DNA of 20,000 nucleotides from IMG/VR virus record IMGVR_UViG_3300012983_000043, one strand, 5' to 3'. The position numbers were made by a program, and so were the translations under genes. This document shows, one piece after another, positions 8,302 to 15,682 of the stretch (positions are counted from its first letter, which is position 1; each line of letters opens with the position of its first letter). Origin of the DNA: an uncultured virus (IMG/VR IMGVR_UViG_3300012983_000043) (Duplodnaviria; Heunggongvirae; Uroviricota; Caudoviricetes). The notes under the pieces are model-generated. The model was not told the origin of the DNA. It did no database searches and worked only from the letters and a program-made list of their open reading frames with translations.

Positions 8302-8616
8302 TTACCAAGCGACGATGTAGTGGTCACATGTCATCGTATTACGAATCTCAAATCCGTTCTTCTCGAGTTCAGCCTTGACGTAAGGCCACCAGAAATGGTC
8401 TCTGTCAATCATGTCCCTGTTTACGCACTTCGGAAATTTGTAGTCATTGTAAACCTGCAGTACATGTCCAATAATCTCGATTTTCTCAAGTCCATTCGAA
8501 ATTGCCGTTCGAATTTCACGTTCAATTTTAGCCATGATAGCTTTGAACTCAATTGAACCACCGACGGGCTCAAGAATTTCATTGGTGAGCTTACGGGCTT
8601 CTGCAGCAGTAATCAT
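8302..8616 (-). CDS. hypothetical protein MITAAEARK...
   Basis: Module at 8672-8705 with stem-loop leader and RBS. Confidence 0.9.
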   Translation of the reverse strand: MITAAEARKLTNEILEPVGGSIEFKAIMAKIEREIRTAISNGLEKIEIIGHVLQVYNDYKFPKCVNRDMIDRDHFWWPYVKAELEKNGFEIRNTMTCDHYIVAW

Positions 8617-8711
8617 TTAGTTTTCTCCTTTTTGGTTTTAGCGGCAGCCACCATGGCCGCCACACAGTCAAATCATATTAAAACCTGATTTTCAAGTTCA
8701 CTCAACAGACA

Positions 8712-8895
8712 TTCTGCTAGAGGCTGTTTGATGAACCGGATTTCCGATAATATGGAATATCAACTGAATAAAATAAATTATTCTGAATGAACGCTGTGTG
8801 GTTACTTCAGTTGACTCAAAAACCAAAGGCTGTCCAATGAAACAAAAAGGGAGCCGGTGGGTGCCGGCTCCCGTAACCATTAGGAGAAAAAATCT
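8712..8895. repeat. duplicated intergenic element, copy 2
   Basis: Same conserved blocks at matching offsets as 5776-5960. Confidence 0.85.
8844..8872 (-). terminator. intrinsic terminator
   Basis: GGGAGCCGG/CCGGCTCCC stem followed by a U-run on the - strand. Confidence 0.85.
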
Positions 8896-9605
8896 CAGGC
8901 TATAGTCTGAAGCTTCTTCTGCTTCTCATGCCACGCTTCAGTGCGCTTGGCATAGTACATGTCTTTTATCTCTTTGATCTTTGCATTGAGCTCATCAACA
9001 AGCTTCTTCTCTTCTTCATTGAGGGCCTTGACATGCGCTGCGTAGTCTGTCTCAACCATTTTCACAGCTTCACGCTTCTTGGTCTCAGCTTCAATTTCTT
9101 CAGGCTGTCGCTGGCTTCCCAAGACCGAGGCTATCACAGAAACTTCATACTTAGTGACGCCAACATTGCGCTCAAGCAGAAGCTCATAGATGCAGTAGAC
9201 TTCAGCAACAGTGATTGTCTCATTGTAGTTGAGGTAACGAGTCTCAAATTCAGTGTTGTCACGACGCCAGCCATTAGAGATGGATTCATCCTTGAGCTCC
9301 ATGACCATAGTCTTCTTCACCATCCGAGCCATCCACTGCTTGATCTCTACGTAGCTCATGCTCATGAAGCCGTTTGCAATCCACTTACCGCGGCCATCCG
9401 CCTCACCGGTCTCGACCGAGATGTGGATGGTGACTTCACCGTCAATTTCTTGCATGACATCACCGAACTTCCAGTAACGATCATAATATGGATTGTTTTC
9501 CCAAGCTCCATCACTCAGTTGTCCAAAGACAGAGCGAAGTACTTCCTTAGCCTTAAGGCTGTACATGCCAGTGTGCACGATGCGGTCATTGTCATTCGTA
9601 ATCAT
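8895..9605 (-). CDS. hypothetical protein with GQLSDGxWEN motif and coiled-coil C-terminus (236 aa)
   Basis: Long ORF; module at 9655-9688 with stem-loop leader and RBS. Confidence 0.9.
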   Translation of the reverse strand: MITNDNDRIVHTGMYSLKAKEVLRSVFGQLSDGAWENNPYYDRYWKFGDVMQEIDGEVTIHISVETGEADGRGKWIANGFMSMSYVEIKQWMARMVKKTMVMELKDESISNGWRRDNTEFETRYLNYNETITVAEVYCIYELLLERNVGVTKYEVSVIASVLGSQRQPEEIEAETKKREAVKMVETDYAAHVKALNEEEKKLVDELNAKIKEIKDMYYAKRTEAWHEKQKKLQTIA

Positions 9606-9723
9606 TGTTTTCTCCTTTTGGTTTCGGCGGTGGTGACCATCACCGCACAGTCAAATCATATCAAAAACTGAAGGGTGGGTTCACTCAACTGAAATGAACC
9701 CACCCATGCTTGAGAATTCTTCT

Positions 9724-10140
9724 TTAGACCACGAAGTTGTCAATCTCTTTCTCAGCTTCAAGCTTCTCATTAGCTTCAGCAACAGCGCTATTTAGAGAGT
9801 TGAGAATGAGCTCCTTGATGCCGTACCTATGCCAGCCGATCACGAGGTTCTTCATGAAATCTATCGTAGGCCGGTCGCTGAAAATAGTTTTGCGGATTTT
9901 CTCAAGATCATCACCAGCATAGAAGCAGTTCTGCGGAGCATGCCCACGACTATCAGGAGCGTCATAGAATCTCAAATACGCTTTATAGCCGGACTTGTGC
10001 TCAATCTCAACTGTAGCATAATGTCCAACAAACTGCTTGAGATTGACATCCATGTGCGTGCCGACCGGCACAGAAGAGGCCTTAGCAAGCAAGAACTCGC
10101 AGATCTTTGTGTAGTTCTCAATGACTTTCTTGGTGTCCAT
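9724..10140 (-). CDS. hypothetical protein MDTKKVIE...
   Basis: AAAGGAGA before the ATG at 10140; module at 10195-10228. Confidence 0.9.
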   Translation of the reverse strand: MDTKKVIENYTKICEFLLAKASSVPVGTHMDVNLKQFVGHYATVEIEHKSGYKAYLRFYDAPDSRGHAPQNCFYAGDDLEKIRKTIFSDRPTIDFMKNLVIGWHRYGIKELILNSLNSAVAEANEKLEAEKEIDNFVV

Positions 10141-10245
10141 TTTTTTCTCCTTTGGTTGGTTCGGCGGCGGTGACCACCACCGCCGCACATGAAAATTATA
10201 TCAAAAACCGGTTGAGAAGTTCACTCAACTGAAACTGCTAGGCTG

Positions 10246-10368
10246 TCATAACGTGAAAAATGCTAGAGCCATAGCTGAGAAGAACACTGCAGGCCTGCAC
10301 GGCCAAATGCAGATGCATGCAACAGCGACTGCAAGAAGAAGCAGCCACATGAATGTGTGCAATTTCAT
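10246..10368 (-). CDS. possible small membrane peptide (40 aa)
   Basis: MKLHTFMWLLLLAVAVACICIWPCRPAVFFSAMALAFFTL; no clear RBS. Confidence 0.45.
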   Translation of the reverse strand: MKLHTFMWLLLLAVAVACICIWPCRPAVFFSAMALAFFTL

Positions 10369-10427
10369 GATGAAGACATGAACAAGCCGGCTACGAAGAG
10401 CCGGCTGCTCCATTTCTGGATTTTCTC

Positions 10428-10724
10428 TTACACCATCTCGGCGCGCTTGACCGTGAAGGTCGTGTAGGGCGTCTTCTTGTAGCAAGACTCAGGGATCGGC
10501 TTGCCGAGCTCCTTCTCAACTTCAGCCTTGACCAGAGAAGTGCGAGTGCCAGAAGCGATGAGGGCGTAGTAGCCGTTATCGTTGTACGCAGTCTCCTTGT
10601 TCTTCTCAAGCTCAGCACGGATTGCAGCTTTTGCCTTGTCACGCTCTTCCGTGAGCTTCTTGATCTGGGCGTCAAGCGTGATAACGGTTTCGAACGAAGA
10701 CTTGATGGACTCAGTGAGGATCAT
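10428..10724 (-). CDS. hypothetical protein with N-terminal coiled coil
   Basis: AAAGGAG before the ATG at 10724; module at 10798-10831. Confidence 0.9.
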   Translation of the reverse strand: MILTESIKSSFETVITLDAQIKKLTEERDKAKAAIRAELEKNKETAYNDNGYYALIASGTRTSLVKAEVEKELGKPIPESCYKKTPYTTFTVKRAEMV

Positions 10725-10841
10725 CTTTTTGCTCCTTTTTTTGGTTTTGCTTGTTTTTGGCGGGGTGGCCGTGTGGCCACCGCCGCCGCACATTTGAATA
10801 ATATCAAAATCCGATTTTCAAGTTCACTCAAATGTGTGGAC

Positions 10842-11003
10842 TCAGCACATCTCAGGATTTTCCTCCATGTACTTAGCCATCTTGGGGTTGAACTTCTTAG
10901 CAAGAGCCTTGAGCTCTTCTAGCTCAGACTTGACAAGCGGAGCATTTGCCCAATATGAACGAAGAACATTATAACGTGCACGATCAGAGTTGGAGTTTGC
11001 CAT
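10842..11003 (-). CDS. 53-aa hypothetical protein
   Basis: MANSNSDRARYNVLRSYWANAPLVKSELEELKALAKKFNPKMAKYMEENPEMC; module at 11071-11104 with RBS. Confidence 0.85.
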   Translation of the reverse strand: MANSNSDRARYNVLRSYWANAPLVKSELEELKALAKKFNPKMAKYMEENPEMC

Positions 11004-11121
11004 TTTTTTCTCCTTTTATTTGCTTGATTTTGGCGGGGTGGCCGTGTGGCCACCGCCGCCGCACATTTGAATAATATCAAAATCCGATTTTCAAGTTCAC
11101 TTAACTGATTTCTGCTCTGGA

Positions 11122-11316
11122 TTACGCATGGTACATGCGATTTTTCCAGATGTAGACGTTGAGATGAGTGATCTTGCCCGTGACCGGATGGATGTACGTG
11201 AATGGTGACGCCCCAAATGCAATCTTCACATGCGTAGCTCCAGCCGGAATGACGACTTTCATGTTGCAGCGAACTGGATACTCAAGTGGGCGATCACCCA
11301 TGTTGTAGAACTTCAT
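11122..11316 (-). CDS. hypothetical protein
   Basis: Module at 11367-11400 with stem-loop and RBS. Confidence 0.85.
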   Translation of the reverse strand: MKFYNMGDRPLEYPVRCNMKVVIPAGATHVKIAFGASPFTYIHPVTGKITHLNVYIWKNRMYHA

Positions 11317-11396
11317 TTTTTCTCCTTTTTTTATTTAGCGGCCACCATGGCCGCCGTTACAGTTAAATAATATCAAAACTATTTTATAAAATTCAC

Positions 11397-11564
11397 TCAA
11401 GTCCATTCAACTTTGAATGACTTTTCAGCAAGTTCAGGGTGCCAGCACTGGTAGTTAGCAGCCAAGACGTCTGCGTCAGCACCAGTGAAGACTTGAGTTC
11501 CCATTGGACATCCACTCTCACGAGCAATGTATGCAATCGTGATTTTCTTGATCTTTCGCGCCAT
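11397..11564 (-). CDS. hypothetical protein MARKIKK...
   Basis: AAAGGAGA before the ATG at 11564; stop lies inside the next box. Confidence 0.85.
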   Translation of the reverse strand: MARKIKKITIAYIARESGCPMGTQVFTGADADVLAANYQCWHPELAEKSFKVEWT

Positions 11565-11704
11565 TGCTTTTCTCCTTTTCGTTATGGCCATGGCATTGGC
11601 CATGGCATTGGCCATGGCCGCTGTTGCACCTAAATTATATCAAAAAACAAAATAAAAGTTCACTCAACTGTTTAAATCTGTTAGGCTGTATAAGTCTTAG
11701 GCTG

Positions 11705-11738
11705 TTGAGTGAACTCTATTTCAAAAATCTGATATAAT
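11705..11738 (+). promoter_or_regulatory. gene-less promoter copy, antisense to 11804-12148
   Basis: TTGAGTGAA-N16-TGATATAAT with no AGGAG downstream. Confidence 0.7.
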
Positions 11739-11803
11739 GACAGTTTTCTCAAAAGCATGGCAGAGCAATGCTCCGCCACGACTATCAAACGAGAAGATTG
11801 TTT

Positions 11804-12148
11804 TTACTCTTCTTCATCAAACACATGCACCTGGCCGTTGCAGGCGATTCGCTTCACGCCCTCAAGATTGATTGTCCGCCACTGGAACTCGTTGGTAGCG
11901 GGCTTGACAAGCTCTTCAACTTGAAGCAGGTCACGAGCTTTCAGCGTAGCCTTCCGCACCGCAGTGGCTTCAGGTGCCGTGCCCTTGACAGACGCTTCAA
12001 GCAACTTGCTCCTGCGAACATTCATGTGCCGAAGCTCACCCGTAGTCTTCTTGATGAAGTCCACCGACAAGAACTTGCCAGATGCAACGCCTTCCTTAAT
12101 GAGATTCTTGACAATTGCGACCTTCTCGTCGCGAGTCATCTTCGCCAT
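11804..12148 (-). CDS. putative WYL_2-like (Sm/SH3 beta-barrel) protein
   Basis: FLSVDFIKKTTGELRHM...WRTINLEGVKRI resembles the VxFxKxxGxxRxM...WRS pattern of that family; module at 12215-12248. Confidence 0.6.
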   Translation of the reverse strand: MAKMTRDEKVAIVKNLIKEGVASGKFLSVDFIKKTTGELRHMNVRRSKLLEASVKGTAPEATAVRKATLKARDLLQVEELVKPATNEFQWRTINLEGVKRIACNGQVHVFDEEE

Positions 12149-12259
12149 TTTTTCTCTCCTTTGTTTGCGTAAGGCTAGCAATGGCTACTGTAGCCATTGC
12201 CGCCGCACAGTCAAATTATATCAAAAACCGGTTGAGAAGTTCACTCAAATGAATGAACT

Positions 12260-12352
12260 TCAGATAAACCATCCAGCACTGTCCATGATAGCGCAAAATT
12301 CATCCATAGACAAGACGCCAACGAGGGCGGCGACCAGCATTTCGTTGCTCAT
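12260..12352 (-). CDS. 30-aa hydrophobic peptide
   Basis: MSNEMLVAALVGVLSMDEFCAIMDSAGWFI; has its own module and AAGGAGA RBS. Confidence 0.75.
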   Translation of the reverse strand: MSNEMLVAALVGVLSMDEFCAIMDSAGWFI

Positions 12353-12385
12353 GATTTTTCTCCTTATTGGTTAATTGACAAGAAA

Positions 12386-12466
12386 ATTATATCAAAAAAC
12401 AAAATAAAAATTCACTCAACTGAATTTAACAGTTGAGTGAATATATTAAAATATTTTTGATGTAAT
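12386..12466. promoter_or_regulatory. central divergent promoter pair (strand-switch point of the array)
   Basis: ATTCACTCAACTG-7nt-CAGTTGAGTGAAT perfect inverted repeat at 12410-12442. Confidence 0.9.
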
Positions 12467-12532
12467 TATGGTGTAAATTAAATTATTTTTAATTTAATTT
12501 TTAAAAATAAAAAGCAAAAAGGAGAAAAGCAC

Positions 12533-12853
12533 ATGAAGAAGCTTGAGATTGGCCGCAAAATTAATAGCTTTGAGTATGGCGTTGATGGCACGACGCGTCA
12601 CATGAACATGACGCGTGTGACACGGCGCAGCAAGTGCATGCGCATCCTGCGCGAGATGATCATCCACCCGCGGCAATTCACGCAGCGTGATATCAAGCGG
12701 CGTGTCTACGGCTGTGAAATGGGCTTGAGCTCGCAGGGACTTTTCTCGGCCCTGCGTCACTTTGACCTCGCCGGATTTGAGCGTCATGGCCAGACTTGCG
12801 TGTGGGCGCCCACCATCAAGGGCATCACATTCTACCTCAGCTTGCATGCCTAA
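12533..12853 (+). CDS. putative winged-helix-like DNA-binding protein
   Basis: RILREM...FTQRDIKRRV...GLFSALRHFDLAGF...WAPTIKG ends in a wing-like W-x-x-T-x-x-G; AAAGGAGA RBS. Confidence 0.55.
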   Translation: MKKLEIGRKINSFEYGVDGTTRHMNMTRVTRRSKCMRILREMIIHPRQFTQRDIKRRVYGCEMGLSSQGLFSALRHFDLAGFERHGQTCVWAPTIKGITFYLSLHA

Positions 12854-12996
12854 GCTGCAGAAGCTCATCAAGCTTGCCATACATAAGATTATGTATAGCA
12901 GGTTTATTTGAGTGAATTTATAAATTATATTTTTATATAATTTCCATGTGCGGTGGTGGTGGCCACCGCCAAAAAACCAAAAAAGGAGAAAACAAA

Positions 12997-13191
12997 ATGA
13001 ATACACGCACCTGGCACCCCGCTGTAGCTGAACTCAAGGTTCGTCTTTTCATCAACTACAAGCTCTTCGGCATCTTTGTCAGGAGCATCGCGGACACCAT
13101 CATCAAGGGCATGATAGGCGTCAAAGAAGTCGACCATCAGCCCAGCCGTGACGGTGACTACCTCTTCGTCACTACAAATGAAGAATCGTAA
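12997..13191 (+). CDS. hypothetical protein MNTRTWHP...
   Basis: Module at 12908 with stem-loop and RBS. Confidence 0.85.
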   Translation: MNTRTWHPAVAELKVRLFINYKLFGIFVRSIADTIIKGMIGVKEVDHQPSRDGDYLFVTTNEES

Positions 13192-13209
13192 AAGACATCC
13201 ACTGCATTT

Positions 13210-13249
13210 TGCCGGACGGGCTCTTTCCTTTCTCCGCCCGGCATTTTTT
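13210..13249 (+). terminator. intrinsic terminator with CU-rich loop
   Basis: TGCCGGACGG...CCGCCCGGCA followed by TTTTTT. Confidence 0.75.
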
Positions 13250-13348
13250 GTCTAGAGATGAAATTCAGTTGAGTGAACTTGATTTTCATCATTTGATATA
13301 ATTTGACTGTGAGGTGGTGGTCACCACCTAATTCAAAAGGAGAAAAAC

Positions 13349-13588
13349 ATGCCGAAGTCAAAGCTCGAAATCATCCGCCATACCGGCGCCGCTAATGTCA
13401 TTCTTGTCCGCAAGTGCCCGTGGTGCGGAAAAGAAGTTCGCAAAGAGATGCCGGTTAATGAGTTCGATGCTGGCGTCACTGCATGGGAAAACGGCGCATG
13501 TGTGCAGGACGCTTTCCCCAAGGCTGATGCAAGCATGCGTGAGATGCTTCTCACTGGCATTTGCGACGTCTGCTGGGACAACATGTAA
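13349..13588 (+). CDS. putative zinc-binding protein
   Basis: CPWCG...TGICDVCW; module at 13269 with RBS. Confidence 0.85.
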   Translation: MPKSKLEIIRHTGAANVILVRKCPWCGKEVRKEMPVNEFDAGVTAWENGACVQDAFPKADASMREMLLTGICDVCWDNM

Positions 13589-13598
13589 GGAGGTTGAC

Positions 13599-13763
13599 AT
13601 GAAGCGCAACAAGTACTTCATTGCTCTCATTGACCAGATCCACAACTTCCGCAAGTTTGTGACAGTCATGGCTTTCACCGCAAAAGATGCGGCTGTTGCA
13701 GCAGTCAAGCAGCACAAGTCCGAAGGATATGACACCATTGAGTCTGTCGTCAGAATTGTTTAA
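13599..13763 (+). CDS. hypothetical protein MKRNKYF...
   Basis: AAGGAGG before the ATG at 13599. Confidence 0.8.
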   Translation: MKRNKYFIALIDQIHNFRKFVTVMAFTAKDAAVAAVKQHKSEGYDTIESVVRIV

Positions 13764-13856
13764 AAAACTATTAGGGCAGCTAATACATACTTGAGTGAAC
13801 ATCTCTCTAGACTTTTGATATTATTTCCTTGTCAACCAACCATAAAGGAGAACACA

Positions 13857-14207
13857 ATGACAATAGAGCAAGCAGTCAATGAAGACTTGAAGATCATGCT
13901 TGGCATAGGCGCAGCACTGAGTGTCGGCAGTGATGCGTATGCATACTACGTGTCTGAGATCCTGCCCAACGGCGTCATTGGGATGTACCAGCCGCAAGCA
14001 CACTTTGATGACAAGCATCCATGGGAAGGCGGGGACCAAGTTGTGCCAGCATTTGATCCCAGCATCAAGTCTGAGATGTTCATCAAGCGCCGGTATGGCA
14101 AGTGGTGGGTTGTGGAGAAGTGTGGCAGGCCTATCCGCAGGTTCACGTCCAAGTGGGAGAGACTCAGGTTCGGACACGCAGTGTCTTATAGAGATCCTAG
14201 TTTTTAG
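13857..14207 (+). CDS. hypothetical protein ending YRDPSF
   Basis: Module at 13791 with RBS; ends at TAG, followed by a terminator. Confidence 0.85.
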   Translation: MTIEQAVNEDLKIMLGIGAALSVGSDAYAYYVSEILPNGVIGMYQPQAHFDDKHPWEGGDQVVPAFDPSIKSEMFIKRRYGKWWVVEKCGRPIRRFTSKWERLRFGHAVSYRDPSF

Positions 14208-14227
14208 ACAAAAGCGCTTAACGCGGG

Positions 14228-14257
14228 ACTAGTTGGCATGTGCCAGACTAGTCTTTT
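14228..14257 (+). terminator. intrinsic terminator
   Basis: GACTAGTTGGC-ATGT-GCCAGACTAGTC-TTTT. Confidence 0.75.
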
Positions 14258-14268
14258 CACATTCATCC

Positions 14269-14302
14269 ATTATATCAGAATTAACCACAGAAATTCACTC
14301 AA
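14269..14302 (-). promoter_or_regulatory. gene-less promoter copy, antisense to 13857-14207
   Basis: ATTATATCA-N16-TTCACTCAA on + with no RBS or ORF downstream. Confidence 0.7.
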
Positions 14303-14405
14303 GTAAACTGTATCATTTTGTCACAGTGTGTCATTTTGATACACATCAGTTGAGTGAACTCTAGAATCAATTTTTGATATAATTGTCTTACTAAAGGAGA
14401 CATTT

Positions 14406-14576
14406 ATGGAAATCGTCAAGTCATATGATTCGCATATGAGTGACATCTGGAGAGTCATGGATGGCCTTAAGACTGTTGCAATATGCTACAGTGAAAAAGA
14501 AGCTGAGGTCTGCAAAAATGCGCTTGAACAGTACAAGGCTGAAAAAGAGCGAGAAGAGAGCTGGTGGTGGTTTTGA
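14406..14576 (+). CDS. 56-aa hypothetical protein
   Basis: MEIVKSYDSHMSDIWRV...EESWWWF; module at 14350 with RBS; stop lies in the next box. Confidence 0.85.
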   Translation: MEIVKSYDSHMSDIWRVMDGLKTVAICYSEKEAEVCKNALEQYKAEKEREESWWWF

Positions 14577-14626
14577 GTGAACACTCTCTAGACTTCTTGA
14601 TATAATTTTATTGAAAGGAGAAACCT

Positions 14627-14845
14627 ATGCATGACACATACGATGAAGTGTCTCTCTTGAAAGAGATGCATAGCATGCTGCTCAAAGACATTGAGATCTT
14701 GAAAGAAGAAGAGCCAAAGGTAGACATGAAGAGGCTGACATACTTCTTCAAGAAAATGCCGCTTCAATTCCCGGCAATTCTAGATGCATATCTTGATGCT
14801 ATGGTTCTAGACTATTTAGGGCCATTCTGGAAATTTCTTTCTTGA
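14627..14845 (+). CDS. hypothetical protein
   Basis: Module at 14573 with AAAGGAGA. Confidence 0.85.
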   Translation: MHDTYDEVSLLKEMHSMLLKDIEILKEEEPKVDMKRLTYFFKKMPLQFPAILDAYLDAMVLDYLGPFWKFLS

Positions 14846-14925
14846 CAGCATATTTCAGTTGAGTGAACATTCCCTAGGGATTTTGATATAATTGTCTTGT
14901 CAACCAACCAATAAGGAGAAAACAA

Positions 14926-15069
14926 ATGGCCGACATCGTCAAAGCTATCGCAGACGCGTTGCAGAACCCCATGATTTCGCTCAACAAGGTCGAAGAGATG
15001 ATGCAAGCAGCTGTCATGAACAAGCTGCTTGGCAATGACAAGAAGATTGAAAGTCTAGAAATCTGTTAA
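14926..15069 (+). CDS. 47-aa hypothetical protein
   Basis: MADIVKAIADALQNPMISLNKVEEMMQAAVMNKLLGNDKKIESLEIC; module at 14859 with RBS. Confidence 0.85.
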   Translation: MADIVKAIADALQNPMISLNKVEEMMQAAVMNKLLGNDKKIESLEIC

Positions 15070-15133
15070 GTCTACTGGACAGTGAATCGGTCAACGCCCA
15101 CCGGATAGTGGGCTGGTTTTGTCTAGAAATGAC

Positions 15134-15167
15134 ATTATATCAAAATCTGTCACACTCATTCACTCAA
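15134..15167 (-). promoter_or_regulatory. gene-less promoter copy, antisense to 14926-15069
   Basis: ATTATATCA-N16-TTCACTCAA on + with no RBS downstream. Confidence 0.7.
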
Positions 15168-15247
15168 TTGATTTGTTCAGACTGTTGAGTGAACATTCCC
15201 TAGAGATTTTGATATAATTCAATTGTCAATTAGAAAAGGAGAAGCTG

Positions 15248-15682
15248 ATGAAATCGATCACTTTAGTCTTGATGTCTGTCATGACACTCTGTCTTCTTGC
15301 TCAAGAAACAAGCAAGACATGCAAGAAGTGTTCAAGTCATGGCTTTGTGTATGAATATGAACTGTGTCCTTCTTGTCAGGGCAGGCAGAAGATACTGTGC
15401 TGCCAGTTTCATGCATATAGAGATGCAAGAGACTATCATTGCCATGGGTCAAAATGCTATTCAAGATGTCCAACCTGCACGGGACTTCAAGCTGGACTGA
15501 AGTCTGGATATGTCAGAAAGAAAGTTGAATGTGACAAATGCAGCGGTGAAGGCAAAATTGCAGTAGATGACGGAAAACAGCAGGTCATCAGGATCAAGAA
15601 GTCATCTGTCAAGAGACTTCTAGACAATGGCGTCATAGAAAACAGCCGGATGAAAATTGTTCTCATTGATGATGACATGTAA
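15248..15682 (+). CDS. signal-peptide protein with DnaJ-type CxxCxGxG zinc-finger-like repeats
   Basis: Hydrophobic N-terminus; CKKCSSHG, CPSCQG, CPTCTG, CDKCSGEG; module at 15185. Confidence 0.8.
   Translation: MKSITLVLMSVMTLCLLAQETSKTCKKCSSHGFVYEYELCPSCQGRQKILCCQFHAYRDARDYHCHGSKCYSRCPTCTGLQAGLKSGYVRKKVECDKCSGEGKIAVDDGKQQVIRIKKSSVKRLLDNGVIENSRMKIVLIDDDM

Larger units (their letters stand above)
680..12419 (-). repeat. Array of 20 leftward promoter-leader modules (TTGAGTGAA-N16-TGATA(T)(A/G/T)AT...AAGGAGA)
   Basis: TTCACTCAA on + begins at 705, 1020, 2404, 2699, 3524, 5317, 5761, 6718, 7122, 7441, 8231, 8697, 9680, 10220, 10823, 11096 (TTCACTTAA variant), 11392, 11659, 12240 and 12411. Each has an extended -10-like element (ATYATATCA on +, with variants) about 25 nt to the left, then a reverse-complement RBS (usually TCTCCTT) and CAT. 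Confidence 0.93.

Noticed and set aside
669..12380. TTGACA in the leaders as the -35 of antisense promoters
   Set aside because: No -10 hexamer was found about 17 nt downstream in the copies checked; it is the reverse complement of the TGTCAAC leader motif.
9972..13191. ORF starts reading MCGGGGH..., MRRWWSPPP... or MANAMANAMA
   Set aside because: These are translations of leader stem-loops; the true starts follow the AAGGAG RBS.
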